The position numbers and the translations under genes were made by a program. From Octopus vulgaris (Eukaryota): DNA of 64,000 nt. The number at the start of each line of letters is the position of its first letter. Position 1 is the stretch's first letter. The stretch is taken from positions 67,828,001-67,892,000 of the forward strand of contig OX597822.1 in NCBI GenBank assembly GCA_951406725.2, given 5' to 3'. The notes under the pieces were generated by a model that made no database searches, was not told the DNA's origin, and saw only the letters and a program-made list of their open reading frames with translations. Of the stretch, positions 1 through 14,140 are shown piece by piece.

Positions 1-71
1 GGCTTTACTCTGCGTACTTTAGCTTCGTTACTATAACAACAGTACGGATACTTATTGATCAGACCACGTAT

Positions 72-203
72 ACACACAGTGAAAGACAGACAGAGACAGA
101 GACAGAGAGAACAAGAGAGACAGAGAGAACAAGAGAGACAGGGAGACATGCAAATAGACAGGTAATCAAACAGACTGACAGACTAACTGGTAGATAGATA
201 AAT

Positions 204-236
<33 letters not shown>

Positions 237-334
237 GAGATGCATACATACGTACATACATACAGACATACATACATACAGACAGGCAGACAGATAGACA
301 TACATGCAAACAAACAGACAGACAGACAGACAAG

Positions 335-401
<67 letters not shown>

Positions 402-727
402 GTAGATAGATAGATAGATACATATATACATACATACAGACATACAGACATACATACAGACAGACATGCAAGCAAACAGACAGACAGACAGACAAATAGA
501 TAGATAGAGAGATAGATACATACATACATAAATAGAGACAGACAGACAGAAATGCAAGCAAAAGACATATAGACAACTAGATAAATAGAATACATACATA
601 CATACATACATACATACATACATACATACATACATACATACATACATACATACATACATACATACATACATACATACATACATACATACATACATACATA
701 CATACATACATACATACATACATACAT

Positions 728-802
<75 letters not shown>
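72..802. repeat. Compound microsatellite (GACA/GATA/TACA/GGCA)n
   Basis: Tetranucleotide runs read directly; explains the ORFs at 59-845. Confidence 0.95.
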
Positions 803-803
<1 letters not shown>

Positions 804-994
804 AAATAGATGTGCAGTGTATTTATTTGTATAGGTGTGTCGCATACTATGATAATAACATCAAGCTTAACAAGAATCGCCCAGAAATGGCTAAATTACT
901 GACACAATATAAACAGTCATAACAGATCATTTCAGGAAACTTACTCTATATCAATGTTTTATTACAGTCCACGCCGACATTAAATTATAGTCCT

Positions 995-1230
995 TTAAAG
1001 ATTTCTTAATTTGGTTTTTGTTTTCACAGAAGCCATACTAGTACTTTGGTCGCTGGACGACTTGATTATATGGCTAACAGCTGCGGTAATTTTGTTTATT
1101 GTCACAATAGAATTTATGTGTGGTTGTTGATGGTTGTTAATGGTGTTCGATCTTAGGGTTGTAAATATAGGTTTCTGTGACAATATCTGTAGAAGTGAGT
1201 TGGTTTGGACAAATTGTGTCTTTGACACAT
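995..1230 (-). CDS. Weak candidate terminal coding exon, Ser/Thr/Asn-rich ([14 protein letters not shown]...[10 protein letters not shown])
   Basis: Non-repetitive 77-codon frame; pyrimidine-rich stretch and AG upstream (ttaag|AT GTG, phase 1); AATAAA about 30 nt after the stop (958-963). No recognisable homology. Confidence 0.2.
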
Positions 1231-1274
1231 CTTAAGGCATATTTGATTCGTGAATGGGGTCAGGTAGAAGAACA

Positions 1275-2741
<1,467 letters not shown>

Positions 2742-3223
2742 TGGGTGTATACACATAACCTTTGAAAAATGCATATACAGTCATTACCTATTTATCTATC
2801 GTCGATTGCATCGTTTACGTAGATGTATTTGTTTATGAAACGTTGTAACTTGCAGTTTTGGTTCTAAACGCTCTAAAAAATCTATAGAGAGAAACTTGAA
2901 AAAGTGACTATATCGCACTGCTAACACACGGTATAACATTACATTGATGTGGAAGCCTGCAGTATACAAGGTAATATATTATGGTTTCATAACGAAACAT
3001 TGCAGCCTTACCAGCAATTAATATGTGTGTGTATGTGTGTATGTGTGTGCATACGCGCGTATATAATACTAAGGAGAAGAGACACCACAACAATAAAAAC
3101 AAGAAAAGGAAACTCTGTCTTTCAATTTTTGAAAGATGGTACTACTTCTAATATTAACAAGATTAATGTCGGAAACTCCGACATTAGAAAGACTAATGTC
3201 GGAGACTCTAGAGATTGTTTGTA

Positions 3224-3254
<31 letters not shown>

Positions 3255-3400
3255 ATGTATGTATGTATGTATGTATGTATGTATGTATGTATGTATGTAT
3301 GTATGTATGTATGTATCTGAAAATGGTAAGCTTTCCATCGAATTCTTTTTATGAAGGAGTTGACTTTTTGAATGAAAAGAACGAATATACTATGTATGTA

Positions 3401-3472
<72 letters not shown>

Positions 3473-3637
3473 GGTTGTATACTGTCAATCTAACAAGAAC
3501 GTGACAGTAGGGGGTACACCACCGTTATATAGCCCTAGGAGGCATCGAACGCCTCCTGACAGCTCGACACATTTTATCCTGTGTCCTTATATACACATAC
3601 GAAGGGGAGACAAACACCCCCAACTGCCGGAACTGCA

Positions 3638-3683
3638 TCTAGGGACACCGTGTTTCACGATCATTGTCCTTCATCGGCCTAGA
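3638..3683 (-). ncRNA. Second copy of the hammerhead in the inverted arm (one stem II mismatch)
   Basis: Reverse complement of the 3927-3972 motif with TCGT in place of TCCT. Confidence 0.7.
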
Positions 3684-3926
3684 GTAGCAGACACCGGTCA
3701 GCCGGCGATGTCTGTCTCGACTTCGTATCTGTATATATCTATAGTCAGTGAAGTCTATTCACTGATTATCAAAATATTATATCGCTCCACCACCGTACAC
3801 TCTCTACGAGAGATTTAGAAACTCAATATTTCTTATTTTGATAATCAGTGAATAGACTTCACTGACTATAGATATATACAGATACGAAGTCGAGACAGAC
3901 ATCGCCGGCTGACCGGTGTCTGCTAC

Positions 3927-3972
3927 TCTAGGCCGATGAAGGACAATGATCCTGAAACACGGTGTCCCTAGA
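3927..3972 (+). ncRNA. Minimal type I hammerhead ribozyme (CCGAUGA core variant)
   Basis: TCTAGG-CCGATGA-AGGA caatga TCCT-GAAACACGGTGTC-CCTAGA: stem I TCTAGG/CCTAGA, stem II AGGA/TCCT, near-palindromic stem III ACAC/GTGT, GUC cleavage site. Confidence 0.8.
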
Positions 3973-4193
3973 TGCAGTTCCGGCAGTTGGGGTGTTTGTC
4001 TCCCCTTCATATGTGTATATAAGGACACAGGATAAAATGTGTCGAGCTGTCAGGAGGCGTTCGATGCCTCCTAGGGCTATATAACGGTGGTGTACCCCCT
4101 ACTGTCACGTTCTTGTTAGATTGACAGTATACAACCATTATATCGCTCCACCACCGTACACCTCTCTACGAGAGATTTAGAAACTCAATATTT

Positions 4194-4236
<43 letters not shown>

Positions 4237-4289
4237 ATACATATATACATACATACATACATATATATATATATATGCATATGTACACT

Positions 4290-4323
<34 letters not shown>

Positions 4324-5049
4324 CACATAATACATACATGTGTGTGTGTGTCTATAAACCCTATCATTAGCCATTGTTCATTCCAGAAGTCCAGGATTTC
4401 AGCACTAAGAAAAGAAGTTGGTAAAAGTCATCTAGAAATAAGCAGAAATAATACGATATATATCGAACACTATGCACAGACACACACAGACACACGCACA
4501 CACACAAACACACACACACGCACACGCACACACACATACGCTTAATCAGGTATGTTGATAGTTAAACGTTGGGTTTTGTGTACGGCCTAGTCATAACAAA
4601 AGTGTCACAGCTATGACCCCTTCCGAGCTCCCTAAAACTAGTGAGATGAAGATTGCAAACTATCTTTGCGTATTTAGATAATGGTATTTACACGATTTGT
4701 CATATTCTGTTCACCTTAAAATTTGTTGATTGACCCGAATGTTTGCAGGAAGGGACTTCGCTAAGGGCACCGAAGGGCCAGGAGTTTGTGTTAAATCGGT
4801 CGAAAATCATAAGGTCTTCTTAGTCAACGGTTGATCTGGAGGTTAAAGAACAACGAACATTACAGACGTTACCAGCGATTCATTAGTGACACCAACACCG
4901 CTCCATCGACGCCCTCCCCCTTAGGCATCACGTGACTAATGAGATACTGTCAAGAAGTACACGGTCTGATTGAAAATTCAAAACTAATTACAGACTTTAA
5001 TCCGTTTAAACACATACAAATGCCTCCATCTTGTTCATCAGTGTTTCGG

Positions 5050-6310
5050 TTGTTGTGGGTGGTGCTGTTGTTGGTGGTTGTAGTGGTGGTGGTGTCGGTG
5101 TTGATGATGGTGGTTGTGGTGGTTATGCGAGAGGTGTTGCTGTGGTAATTACTGTTGTTGTGGTGGTGGTGGTTATGGTTGTGGTGGTGGTGGTGGTGGT
5201 GGTTATGGTGGTGGTGGTGGTGGTGGTGGTGGTGGTGGTGGTGGTGGTTATGGTTGTGGTGGTAATGGTGTTGGTTATGCGAGAGGTATTGCTGAGGTAA
5301 TTGTTGTTGTTGTTGTGGTGGTAATGGCTATGGTTGTGGTGGTAGTGGTGGTGGTTATGCGAGAGGTGTTGCTATGGTAATTATTGTTGTTGTTGTGGTG
5401 GTGGTGGCGGTGGTGGTGGTGGTTATGGTTGTGGTGGTGGTGGTGGTGGTGGTGGTTATGGTTGTGGTGGTAATGGTGTTGGTTATGCGAGAGGTATTGC
5501 TGAGGTAATTATTGTTGTTGTGGTGGTGGTAATGGTTATGGTTGTGGTGGTAGTGGTGGTGGTTATGCGAGAGGTGTTGCTATGGTAATTATTGTTGTTG
5601 TGGTGGTGGTGGCGGTGGTGGTGGTGGTTATGGTTGTGGTGGTGGTGGTGGTGGTGGTTATGGTTGTAGTGGTAATGGTGTTGGTTATGCGAGAGGTATT
5701 GCTGAGGTAATTATTGTTGTTGTGGTGGTGGTAATGGTTATGGTTGTGGTGGTAGTGGTGGTGGTTATGCGAGAGGTGTTGCTATGGTAATTATTGTTGT
5801 TGTTGTGGTGGTGGTGGTGGTGGTGGTGGTGGTGGTGGTGGTGGTGGTTATGGTTGTGGTGGTGGTGGTGGTGGTGGTTATGGTTGTGGTGGTGATGGTG
5901 TTGGTTATGCGAGAGGTATTGCTGAGGTAATTATTGTTGTTGTTGTGGTAGTAGTAGTGGTTATGGTTGTGGTGGTTATGGTAATGATGTTGGTTATGCG
6001 AGAGATTTTGCTGAGGTAATTATTGTTGTTGTGTTGGTAGTGGTGGTGGTTATGCGAGAGGTGTTGCTATGGTAATTATTGTTGTTGTTGTGGTGGTGGT
6101 GGCGGTGGTGGTGGTGGTTATGGTTGTGGTGGTGGTGGTGGTAATGGCTATGGTTGTGGTGGTAATGGTGTTGGTTATGCGAGAGGTATTGCTGAGGTAA
6201 TTATTGTCGTTGTTGTTGTGGTGGTAGTGGCTATGGTTGTGATGGTTGTGGAGGTGGCTATGCGAGAGGTGTTGCTATGGTAATTATTGTTGTTGTTGTG
6301 GTGGTGGATG
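5050..6310. repeat. GGT/GTT-rich compound minisatellite with alternating ~70-110 bp units
   Basis: Anchors GGTTATGCGAGAGGTGTTGCTATGGTAATT and GGTTATGCGAGAGGTATTGCTGAGGTAATT alternate, separated by variable (GGT)n. Confidence 0.9.
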
Positions 6311-6749
6311 TGGGGGTGAGGGTGGGGTAGGGTGTCACTCTGATAGTTGTTAATGTTCTACTTTTCTTGTGGTGGTAGTGGTGGCGTTGTCGCGCTGACA
6401 ATTGTCGTTCGTTTTCTTCATCTGCTTTTCTTCTTGCGATGGTTGTGGTAGTGGTTGTGGCGGTGGTGGTGCTGCTTCTGCTTGTGCAGCTCCCTGGGGC
6501 TGTTGTAGTTTTTTCCGATTACGTTATTGTTGTTCGTGTTGTTGGTCACGTAATTCTCCCTGAAGATATTACTGTTGTTATTGTCGATGTGAAAATTGCT
6601 ATCACTGTTGTTGTTACTACTTCTTAATGTTGATGTTCATCTTGTTGCGGTCATCTTTCTTTCCGTAGTAGTTCTTGATGTTAAATTTGCTGTGCTGGTG
6701 GTGGTGGTACTGCTACTGTTGTTATTGCAATAAATATTGGTTTCAAATT

Positions 6750-7375
6750 TTGATACAAGGCAAGCAATTTCAGAAGAGGTAGTAAGTCTATTACATCGAC
6801 CCCACTGCTCATCCGATGGTTATTTTATCGACCCTGAAAGAACAAAAGGCAAAATCGACTACAGTAGAATTTGAACTCAGGGCGTAAATATGGACGAAAT
6901 ACTGTTAAGCATTTTGCCCGGCGTGCTAACGATTCTGCCAGCGGTACCTTACTAGAAACAGTATATCTAAAATATCGTCCTTTCTACTATAGGCACAAGG
7001 CTTGGAATTTGAGGGGAGGGGGATGGTCGATCACATCGACCCCAGTGCTTGACTAGCATCCCCTGAAAGGATGAAAAGCTAAGTCGACCTCGGCGGAATT
7101 TGAACTCGGAACACAGCGATGGGCGAAATACCGTAAAGCATTTCGCCCGGAATGCTAACGATTCTTTTCTACTCTATGCACAAGGCCCAAAATTGTGAAG
7201 GAGGGGGCTAGTCGCTTAGATCGACCCCAGTACGCAACTGGCAATTAATTTATCGACTCCGAAAAGATGAAAGGCAAAGTCAACCTCGGCGGAATTTGAA
7301 TTCAGAACGTAACGGCAGACGAAATACAGCTACGCATTTCGCCCGGCGTGCTAACGTTTCTGCCAGCTCGCCGCC
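6750..7375 (-). mobile_element. Three tandem copies of tRNA-derived SINE family A (MetaSINE-like central domain)
   Basis: Copies at ~6750-6943, ~6983-7165 and ~7165-7375; head GGCGGCGAGCTGGCAGAAACGTTAGC, B-box GAGTTCAAATTCC, core GACTTTGCCTTTCATCCTTTCGGGGTCGATAAATTAAGTACCAG. Confidence 0.88.
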
Positions 7376-7505
7376 AAATTGTTGCTACTAATATTGCTAT
7401 AGTTGATGTTGTAGTACTGACTTTTATTCTGCAGACTTAGCTGTAATGACAGTGGCCATGTTTCTATTCTTACACTCGACCATGTTATCATTATTACTCT
7501 TATAT

Positions 7506-8120
7506 TCTGCCGAGGTCGACTTTGCCTTTCATCCTTTCGGGGGTCGATAAATTAAGTACCAGTGAAGCACTGGCTTCGATGTAATCGATTGGTCCCCTCC
7601 CCCAGAATTTCAGGCCTTGTGCCTGTAGTAGAAAGGATTATTGTTGCTCTTATGGTTGACCCTGCTGGCGAGAATTTTCCGTTATATTAGTGTTTTTGCT
7701 TTGTTTGTTAATATTAGTAGCAAAAATAAGGCGGCAAGCTATCAGAATCGTTAGCATGCCTGGAATAATGCTTAACGGTAGTTCGTCTGTCTTTACATTC
7801 TGAGTTCAAATTCCGCTGAGATTGACTTTGCCTTTTATCATTTCGGAGTCGATAAATTAAGTACCAGTTGCGTAGTAGGGTCGATCTAAGTCGATCTAAT
7901 AGAAAAGAATATTAGAAGCAACAATAAGACAGCGAACTCGCAAAACTGTTAACTCGCCGGGCAAAATGCTTAGAAGCATTTCCTCCGCCTTTACATTCTG
8001 AGTTCAAATTCCGCCAAGGTCGACTTTGCCTTCCTTCCCTTCAGGGACAGTAAAATAAGTACCAGTTGAGCACGACTTACTCCCTCCCCCGAAATCGCTG
8101 GCTCTAACCAAAATTTGAAA
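7506..8120 (+). mobile_element. Three partial copies of SINE family A in the opposite orientation
   Basis: Copies at ~7506-7640, ~7730-7900 and ~7928-8120 share the B-box and/or core motifs. Confidence 0.85.
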
Positions 8121-8849
8121 TCAATATTAGTAACGGTAGTGGTAGTGATAGTGGGTGGTGGTTATGTTCTTGTTATTAGTGCTTGCGGTGTGATGGCGGT
8201 GGTGATGGTGTTTCTGTTGTTGTTGTTGTTGTTGTTGTTAGTGGTGCTAGCTGTGGTGGTGGTACTCGTCTTGCTGGTGTTGGTGATGGTGATGATAAGG
8301 TGTCAAGTGGAGATTCTAATTGCTGTTCCCAAATGTATTAGAAACGCGAAAATGAAATGGAAGGTTAGAAGGGGAAAATCAGGCGAAAAAAAGCTTGAAA
8401 TAAAGAAGAGGGACCAGCAGACAGACTGGCAAACACGACGAAGTGAGTGACTGAGAGAGTGGGAGTGAATATGCTTTATTGAATGCAACGAGATGAAGTA
8501 AGAGGCGAAGCAATATAGTGGGAGAAAGGGGTGAGGTACAGATATTATTAGGTGCAAAAGGGAGATTAAAAGTGTGGAAAGAGTAACAGCGGTGAGTGAT
8601 GAATAGAGAAGCAGTGACGAAGGAAGGGGGAGAAAGCAAGAAAATATGAGACTAGAGTGTTGAACGAAAAAAGAATCGAAAAATGTATGGAGGAGTAAAA
8701 TTTAAAAAATGGCGTGTGTGTATGTGAAGGAGAGATATGACAGGAATAATTCGTTACTTCAGTTAGATAGACAAATGGATAGAAGAAAAGGTAGATAATG
8801 GTCATTATTTTCAACACCATCTATATAACAAAGGTAATATTGCTTTCAG

Positions 8850-9030
8850 ATTTTGGTACAAGGTTATCAATTTCGGGTTAGACGCTAAGTTGACTGCATC
8901 GACCGCAGTACTCAACTGGTACTTATATTATTGACCCCCGGCTGAATTTGAACTCAGAATGTGAAGATGGAAAAAATGCCGCTAAGACTTTTGCCTAGCG
9001 TGGTAACGGTTCTGCCAGTTCGCGGCCTTA
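8850..9030 (-). mobile_element. Degenerate SINE family A copy
   Basis: CAACTGGTACTTAT...GAATTTGAACTCAGAA...TTCTGCCAGTTCGCGGCC. Confidence 0.75.
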
Positions 9031-9148
9031 GTTGAACGTATTATTTCGCTCTTAGTATGGTCTAGTTATGTTTCATGTAGCACAACGGTTTAGACTCAAT
9101 ATTGGTATGCATTTTTTTCATTTATTTTCTTCTATTTTTTTTTTATTC

Positions 9149-9337
9149 GTTTCAGTCATTTGACTGCGGCCATGCAGGTGCAGCGCCTTTAGTCGAGCAA
9201 ATCGACCCCAGGACTAATTCTTTGTAAGCCAAGGACTTATTCTATCGGTCGCTTTTGCCGAATAGCTAATCTACGGGTCATAAACACACCAGCATCAGTT
9301 GTCAAGTGATGTTGGGGTGACAAACACAGACATACAA

Positions 9338-9389
<52 letters not shown>

Positions 9390-9551
9390 GCCGAGCTTCT
9401 TTCAATTTCCGTCTACCAAATCGACTCACAAGGCTTTGGTCGGCCCGAAGCTATAATAGAAGACACTTGCCCAAGGTGCCACGCAGTGAGACTAAACCCG
9501 GAAGCAGGTGATTGGTAAGCAAGCTACTTACCACACAGCCACTCCTGCGCC
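9149..9551 (-). mobile_element. tRNA-derived SINE family B with internal (TA)n
   Basis: Head GGCGCAGGAGTGGCTGTGTGGTAAG, CORE-like CACCTTGGGCAAGTGTCTTCT, tail CATGGCCGCAGTCAAATGACTGAAAC. Confidence 0.88.
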
Positions 9552-10124
9552 TGTATATATATATATATATAAATCGAAAGACAGTATCTCTATTGCGTTA
9601 GGTCAATCTCTGAAGGAACACCACCATAGCAATTTAAACAAAATAAACGACAAACGGACAGATCTTCATTTCAGCTTGACGTCTCATAAAACGCTTCATA
9701 GTTTCCCTATTGTATCTATGGTAAATAAATATTTCTATAGTGATAGATAAACACCTGAAAAGCATATCTGCGAAGCATATCACACTGGCGACATATAAGA
9801 GTTTGGTAGCGAGATATCGCATCTCCTTAAAGTCATAATTCTATCAAATAGGATGAGGGACGGAGGGGTGGGGAAGTATCACAGAGAAAATAATGTAGTT
9901 ACCAATTGGTGCAATGTCAGCGATAAATGTTCCCGATTTGATTAAGACATCAGGTGATTTCAGTATTGCGGGACTTCTCGGTTTGCAAAATGCATATTAA
10001 TGACACACAGTATGATTAATGTAGGAAGGGGTTAACCTGAAAGCAAACATGTGCGCATTGTTATAACAGTCGTTGCAGGAAAAGTACAGAGTCGCATATT
10101 TACATGTGAGAAAAGGGAACATAG

Positions 10125-10135
10125 ATATATGTATG

Positions 10136-10215
<80 letters not shown>

Positions 10216-10268
10216 ATATATGTCTATGTGCATATGCGTGTGAATATACTTACGTATATATATATATG

Positions 10269-10299
<31 letters not shown>

Positions 10300-10352
10300 G
10301 TATATATATATGTACATATATATATAGTTATATATACATATACATATATATA

Positions 10353-10399
<47 letters not shown>

Positions 10400-10536
10400 G
10401 TGTGTGTGTGTAAGCACATGCAAATTACGTATTTGTGTACGCATATGTGCATATACACATAACCATATAAATTATATGTGAATATACAATATATGTTATG
10501 AGAGACTATAACTTTGTATACATATACATATATATG

Positions 10537-10610
<74 letters not shown>

Positions 10611-10760
10611 TATATGCATGTGCACATATGCACAAACACTCGTGTGTACGCGTATGGATTCAGTATGTGCATACATAAACAGATATACATATATACATAT
10701 GTATGTATGTATATATACATACATAAACATTTATATGCATATACATATATATGTATATAC
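10125..10760. repeat. (TA)n and TA-rich degenerate microsatellite
   Basis: Read directly. Confidence 0.9.
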
Positions 10761-11308
10761 AAATAAGCATATATACTCATCGATACACGCTATTTATTCA
10801 TATTTTCATGCATCTTGTGTCACATACATGCATTGCTATAAAGAAATACATGCATGCATCCATAAATATAAATACGCAATGAAAGATGTATAGTAGTAAT
10901 ATATACAGAATATATATGAGCGTAATTTCTTCCTATATAAAACATTCCCAATCTCTTTTATTTCATTCTTTCTATTACCTTTGCTTTTTCCCGCCTCTCA
11001 AGCATCCAATCTGTCTGCATCTCGTTGTATCTCTCCATCGCTCTCTGTATCTCAACCTCTCTCTGTCTCAATCACCGTGGCGTACTTTCTATACAAATAT
11101 ATGGCCGTGTGGAATATAATATCTGTGCGTACGTGTGCGTCACCATGCAGCCGGTATAGACGCACGGAGTGTCCATTTTTACATGTGTGAAGATATATAT
11201 GCATCTTTTATGATTGGAGTAATTTCCCTTTATAGCGACATTTATATGTATAGGATATCAGTTCTCGTATATCACGCAGAGCGATTAGTTTACACGTCAC
11301 GTGAATAC

Positions 11309-11371
<63 letters not shown>

Positions 11372-11693
11372 AGTTTTCTCTTTTACGCTCACACACAGAT
11401 ATATTTTAGAGGTAGATATAAATATGCACTTGTCTATGTATGTGTGCATATCTATCTATATACATATATATACATATATATACATACATATATATGTATA
11501 TATGTATATATGTATATATATATATATTCATTAATGCCTCTAATAGTGGAAGGTTAGTAAGATTTATATGTAATGGATATGCATTATATTTCATTGAATT
11601 CAATTTACTTTTGTTTATCGAACCAACCCATCCATCCATCTATCTATCTACATATCTATCTATTCATCTATCCGATCTAGTTATTTGTCATTC

Positions 11694-11759
<66 letters not shown>

Positions 11760-11774
11760 TGTATATATACATAC

Positions 11775-11818
<44 letters not shown>

Positions 11819-11857
11819 CATATAAATACATACATATGTATACGTATATACTTGCAC

Positions 11858-11949
<92 letters not shown>

Positions 11950-11952
<3 letters not shown>

Positions 11953-12163
11953 TGTGTGCTGAAAACCTCCTGACTTTGGGTAAATGAAAATACAAGAGGA
12001 TCAGTTATGATTCCATTCAACATATTCCCCTCTTAGATTCACGCACTTATTGCAATGATCTTTTAGTTTTTCAAAGCCCTGTAAAAGAATTCGGAAGGCT
12101 CGGTCTCCAAGCTGACCTTTCTTGACACTCTTAAACCCAGAAAATTTTCAGCACACTCTCGTA
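11950..12163. mobile_element. Tc1/mariner-derived MITE
   Basis: Imperfect TIRs (GTGTGCTGAAAA...; ...TTTTCAGCACACTCTCGTA); minus strand near 12020-12060 encodes CNKCVNLRGEYVE, like a mariner transposase C-terminus (KCxxxxGxYVE). Confidence 0.7.
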
Positions 12164-12469
12164 GAACTCCGAATGCGATACATGAAAAATATCAGGGATT
12201 AAGGGTAAAAAGTATATCACTGATGGTTTACTAATTGATAGTGCCAGAAATGTTAAAGCCCAAAGATAGCTGAGGCGGGATTCGAGCCCAGAAAGCTGGA
12301 GCGATACTACAAAGCATTTTCTTCTACCCACTAACGACACATCACTTTACCATTGAGTTTATTTATCAGTTACACATATAGTGTCGCGTTCAGTACCTTT
12401 TTTTTTTTTACTCTACATACATCAGAAATAGTATTTTCAAATTTTGTTACGAGGCCAACAACTTCGAAG

Positions 12470-12955
12470 AATGGAGTCAGTCGGCTATTTTGATCTCAAT
12501 ACTGAACTGGTACATATATTATCAACCGCGAAAGGATGCCGGGCAAGGACAATTCAGAACGTAAAGATGGACGAAATGCCGCAGGGGAATTTTGCACGGC
12601 ATGTTAACGACTCTGCCAACTCGTCTTAGTTGTCCCATGAGGGACGATAAGTTAACGTCAACTCTAGCGAGATTTGAAACTGGAGGCAGTTTGACATTTC
12701 TGCTTTTCTGTTTCAGTCGATTACTTCGACCCCAATGCTCAACTGTTACTTATATTATCGACTTAGAAAAGAACTCCAGGCAAGGACGACTCGGCAGCAT
12801 TTGCATTCAGAACGCAAAGACGGACGAAATGCTGCTGGGCATTTCGTCCGGCGTACTAACGATTCCGGCGGCCCGTCCAATGAGGGATGATAAGTAAAGT
12901 GAACTGTAGCTAGATTTGAAATTGTAAACGGTTGACATTTCTCTTCCTCTGTTTC
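12470..12955 (-). mobile_element. Two degenerate SINE family A copies duplicated with ~80 bp of flank (~250 bp period)
   Basis: GTCC.ATGAGGGA.GATAAGT...AGATTTGAAA...TTGACATTTCT...CTGTTTC follows both SINE heads (12632-12714 and 12876-12955). Confidence 0.65.
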
Positions 12956-12989
12956 TCATACACACGCTCTAAACAACAATAATCTGTTC

Positions 12990-13192
12990 TGCTATAGGCA
13001 CAAGGCCTGAAATTTGGGACAGGGCGATAGTCGATTACCTCCACCTCAGTGCCTAACTGGTACTTATTTTATCGACCTTGAAAGGATGCAAGTCAAGGTC
13101 GATCCAGCGGCATTTGAATTCAGAGTATAAAACCGTCAAATACTGCCAGGTATTTTGCCCGGCGTGCAAACGATTCTGCCAGCTCGCCACCT
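12990..13192 (-). mobile_element. SINE family A copy
   Basis: GGCACAAGGCCTGAAATTT tail through TTCTGCCAGCTCGCCACC head. Confidence 0.85.
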
Positions 13193-13251
13193 TACACATT
13201 TTAGACATATTAACATAGACAAATATATTTGTGTTAATATATTTGAGTTTA

Positions 13252-13387
13252 GGCGCAGGAGTTGCTGAGTGGTAAGTAGCTTGTTTACCAACCACATGCT
13301 TCCAGGTTCAGTCCCACTGCGTGGCACCTTGGGCAAGTGTCTTCTACTATAGCCTCGGGCCGACCGAAGCCTTGTGAGTGAATTTGG

Positions 13388-13458
<71 letters not shown>

Positions 13459-13695
13459 TATGTGTATGTATGTATGTATGTATATGTATGTATATGTTAG
13501 TGTGTCTGTGTTTGTCCCCCCCCCCCAACATCGCTTGAAAACCGATGCTGTTGTGTTTATGTCCTCGTCACTTAGCGGTTCGGCAAAGAGACCGATAGAA
13601 TAAGTACTAGGCTTCCAAAGAATAAATCCCGGGGTCGATTTGCTCGACAAAGGGCGGTGCTCCAGCATGCCCGCAGTCAAATTACTGAAACAAAT
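13252..13695 (+). mobile_element. SINE family B, near full length, with internal microsatellite
   Basis: Same head, core and tail as 9149-9551 in the opposite orientation. Confidence 0.9.
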
Positions 13696-14140
13696 ATAAG
13701 AGAAAATATATATTTGACACATAAAATGGAGTTGATCATAGTACTGATAGCAAAGCTCCGATGAGCTGTGCCCATTATTCGTGTTTGATTTCCGAGCATT
13801 GTAATTTCACTTCGCTACTCCTCTTTTGAAAAGGTGTTAACTTTTTAGCAAACTCCGAAATTGTTGATGTTCGTTCCTGGGAGGATCTTTATACCATAGT
13901 CTTTCGTACAGATATATATATATAAATGCGCACGTACACACACTCTCACACACTCTCCCACACGCACAGACACTCACACAATAACACAAACATATACATA
14001 CACACACAGACTCAAATACACACGCATACATACACACATACATAGGTGTATATATGCGTGTTTGTAAGTGTGCTTATGTATACATATATGTATACATGAA
14101 TGTATAGTCAAATATGTATATGCGAAATAATTGAAATGAA

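Larger units (their letters stand above)
3466..4197 (+). mobile_element. Non-coding Penelope-like element with inverted pseudo-LTR arrangement A(rc)-B-A-B, in (TA)n
   Basis: 3466-3776 is the reverse complement of 3834-4143 (about 3 differences); ~59 bp segment B is repeated directly at 3777-3835 and 4138-4197; hammerhead motif in A; (TA)n on both flanks. Confidence 0.8.

Noticed and set aside
59-845. Long ORFs such as MYVCMYVC..., YLSIYLSI... and YIYIYI... here and throughout the track
   Set aside because: They are translations of tetra- and dinucleotide microsatellites that lack stops; they overlap in several frames and are not genes
1031-1084. Possible plus-strand micro-exon (ttttcacag|...GCG|gtaatt)
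   Set aside because: Splice-like signals are common in AT-rich DNA, it overlaps the minus-strand candidate, and nothing else supports it
5031-5380. Gly/Tyr/Cys-rich structural protein (GGGYGCGG)
   Set aside because: The frame shifts with each repeat unit and hits stops; no signal peptide or sustained ORF
6750-8120. tRNA genes suggested by A/B boxes
   Set aside because: No complete cloverleaf; the boxes belong to SINE heads followed by SINE body and tail
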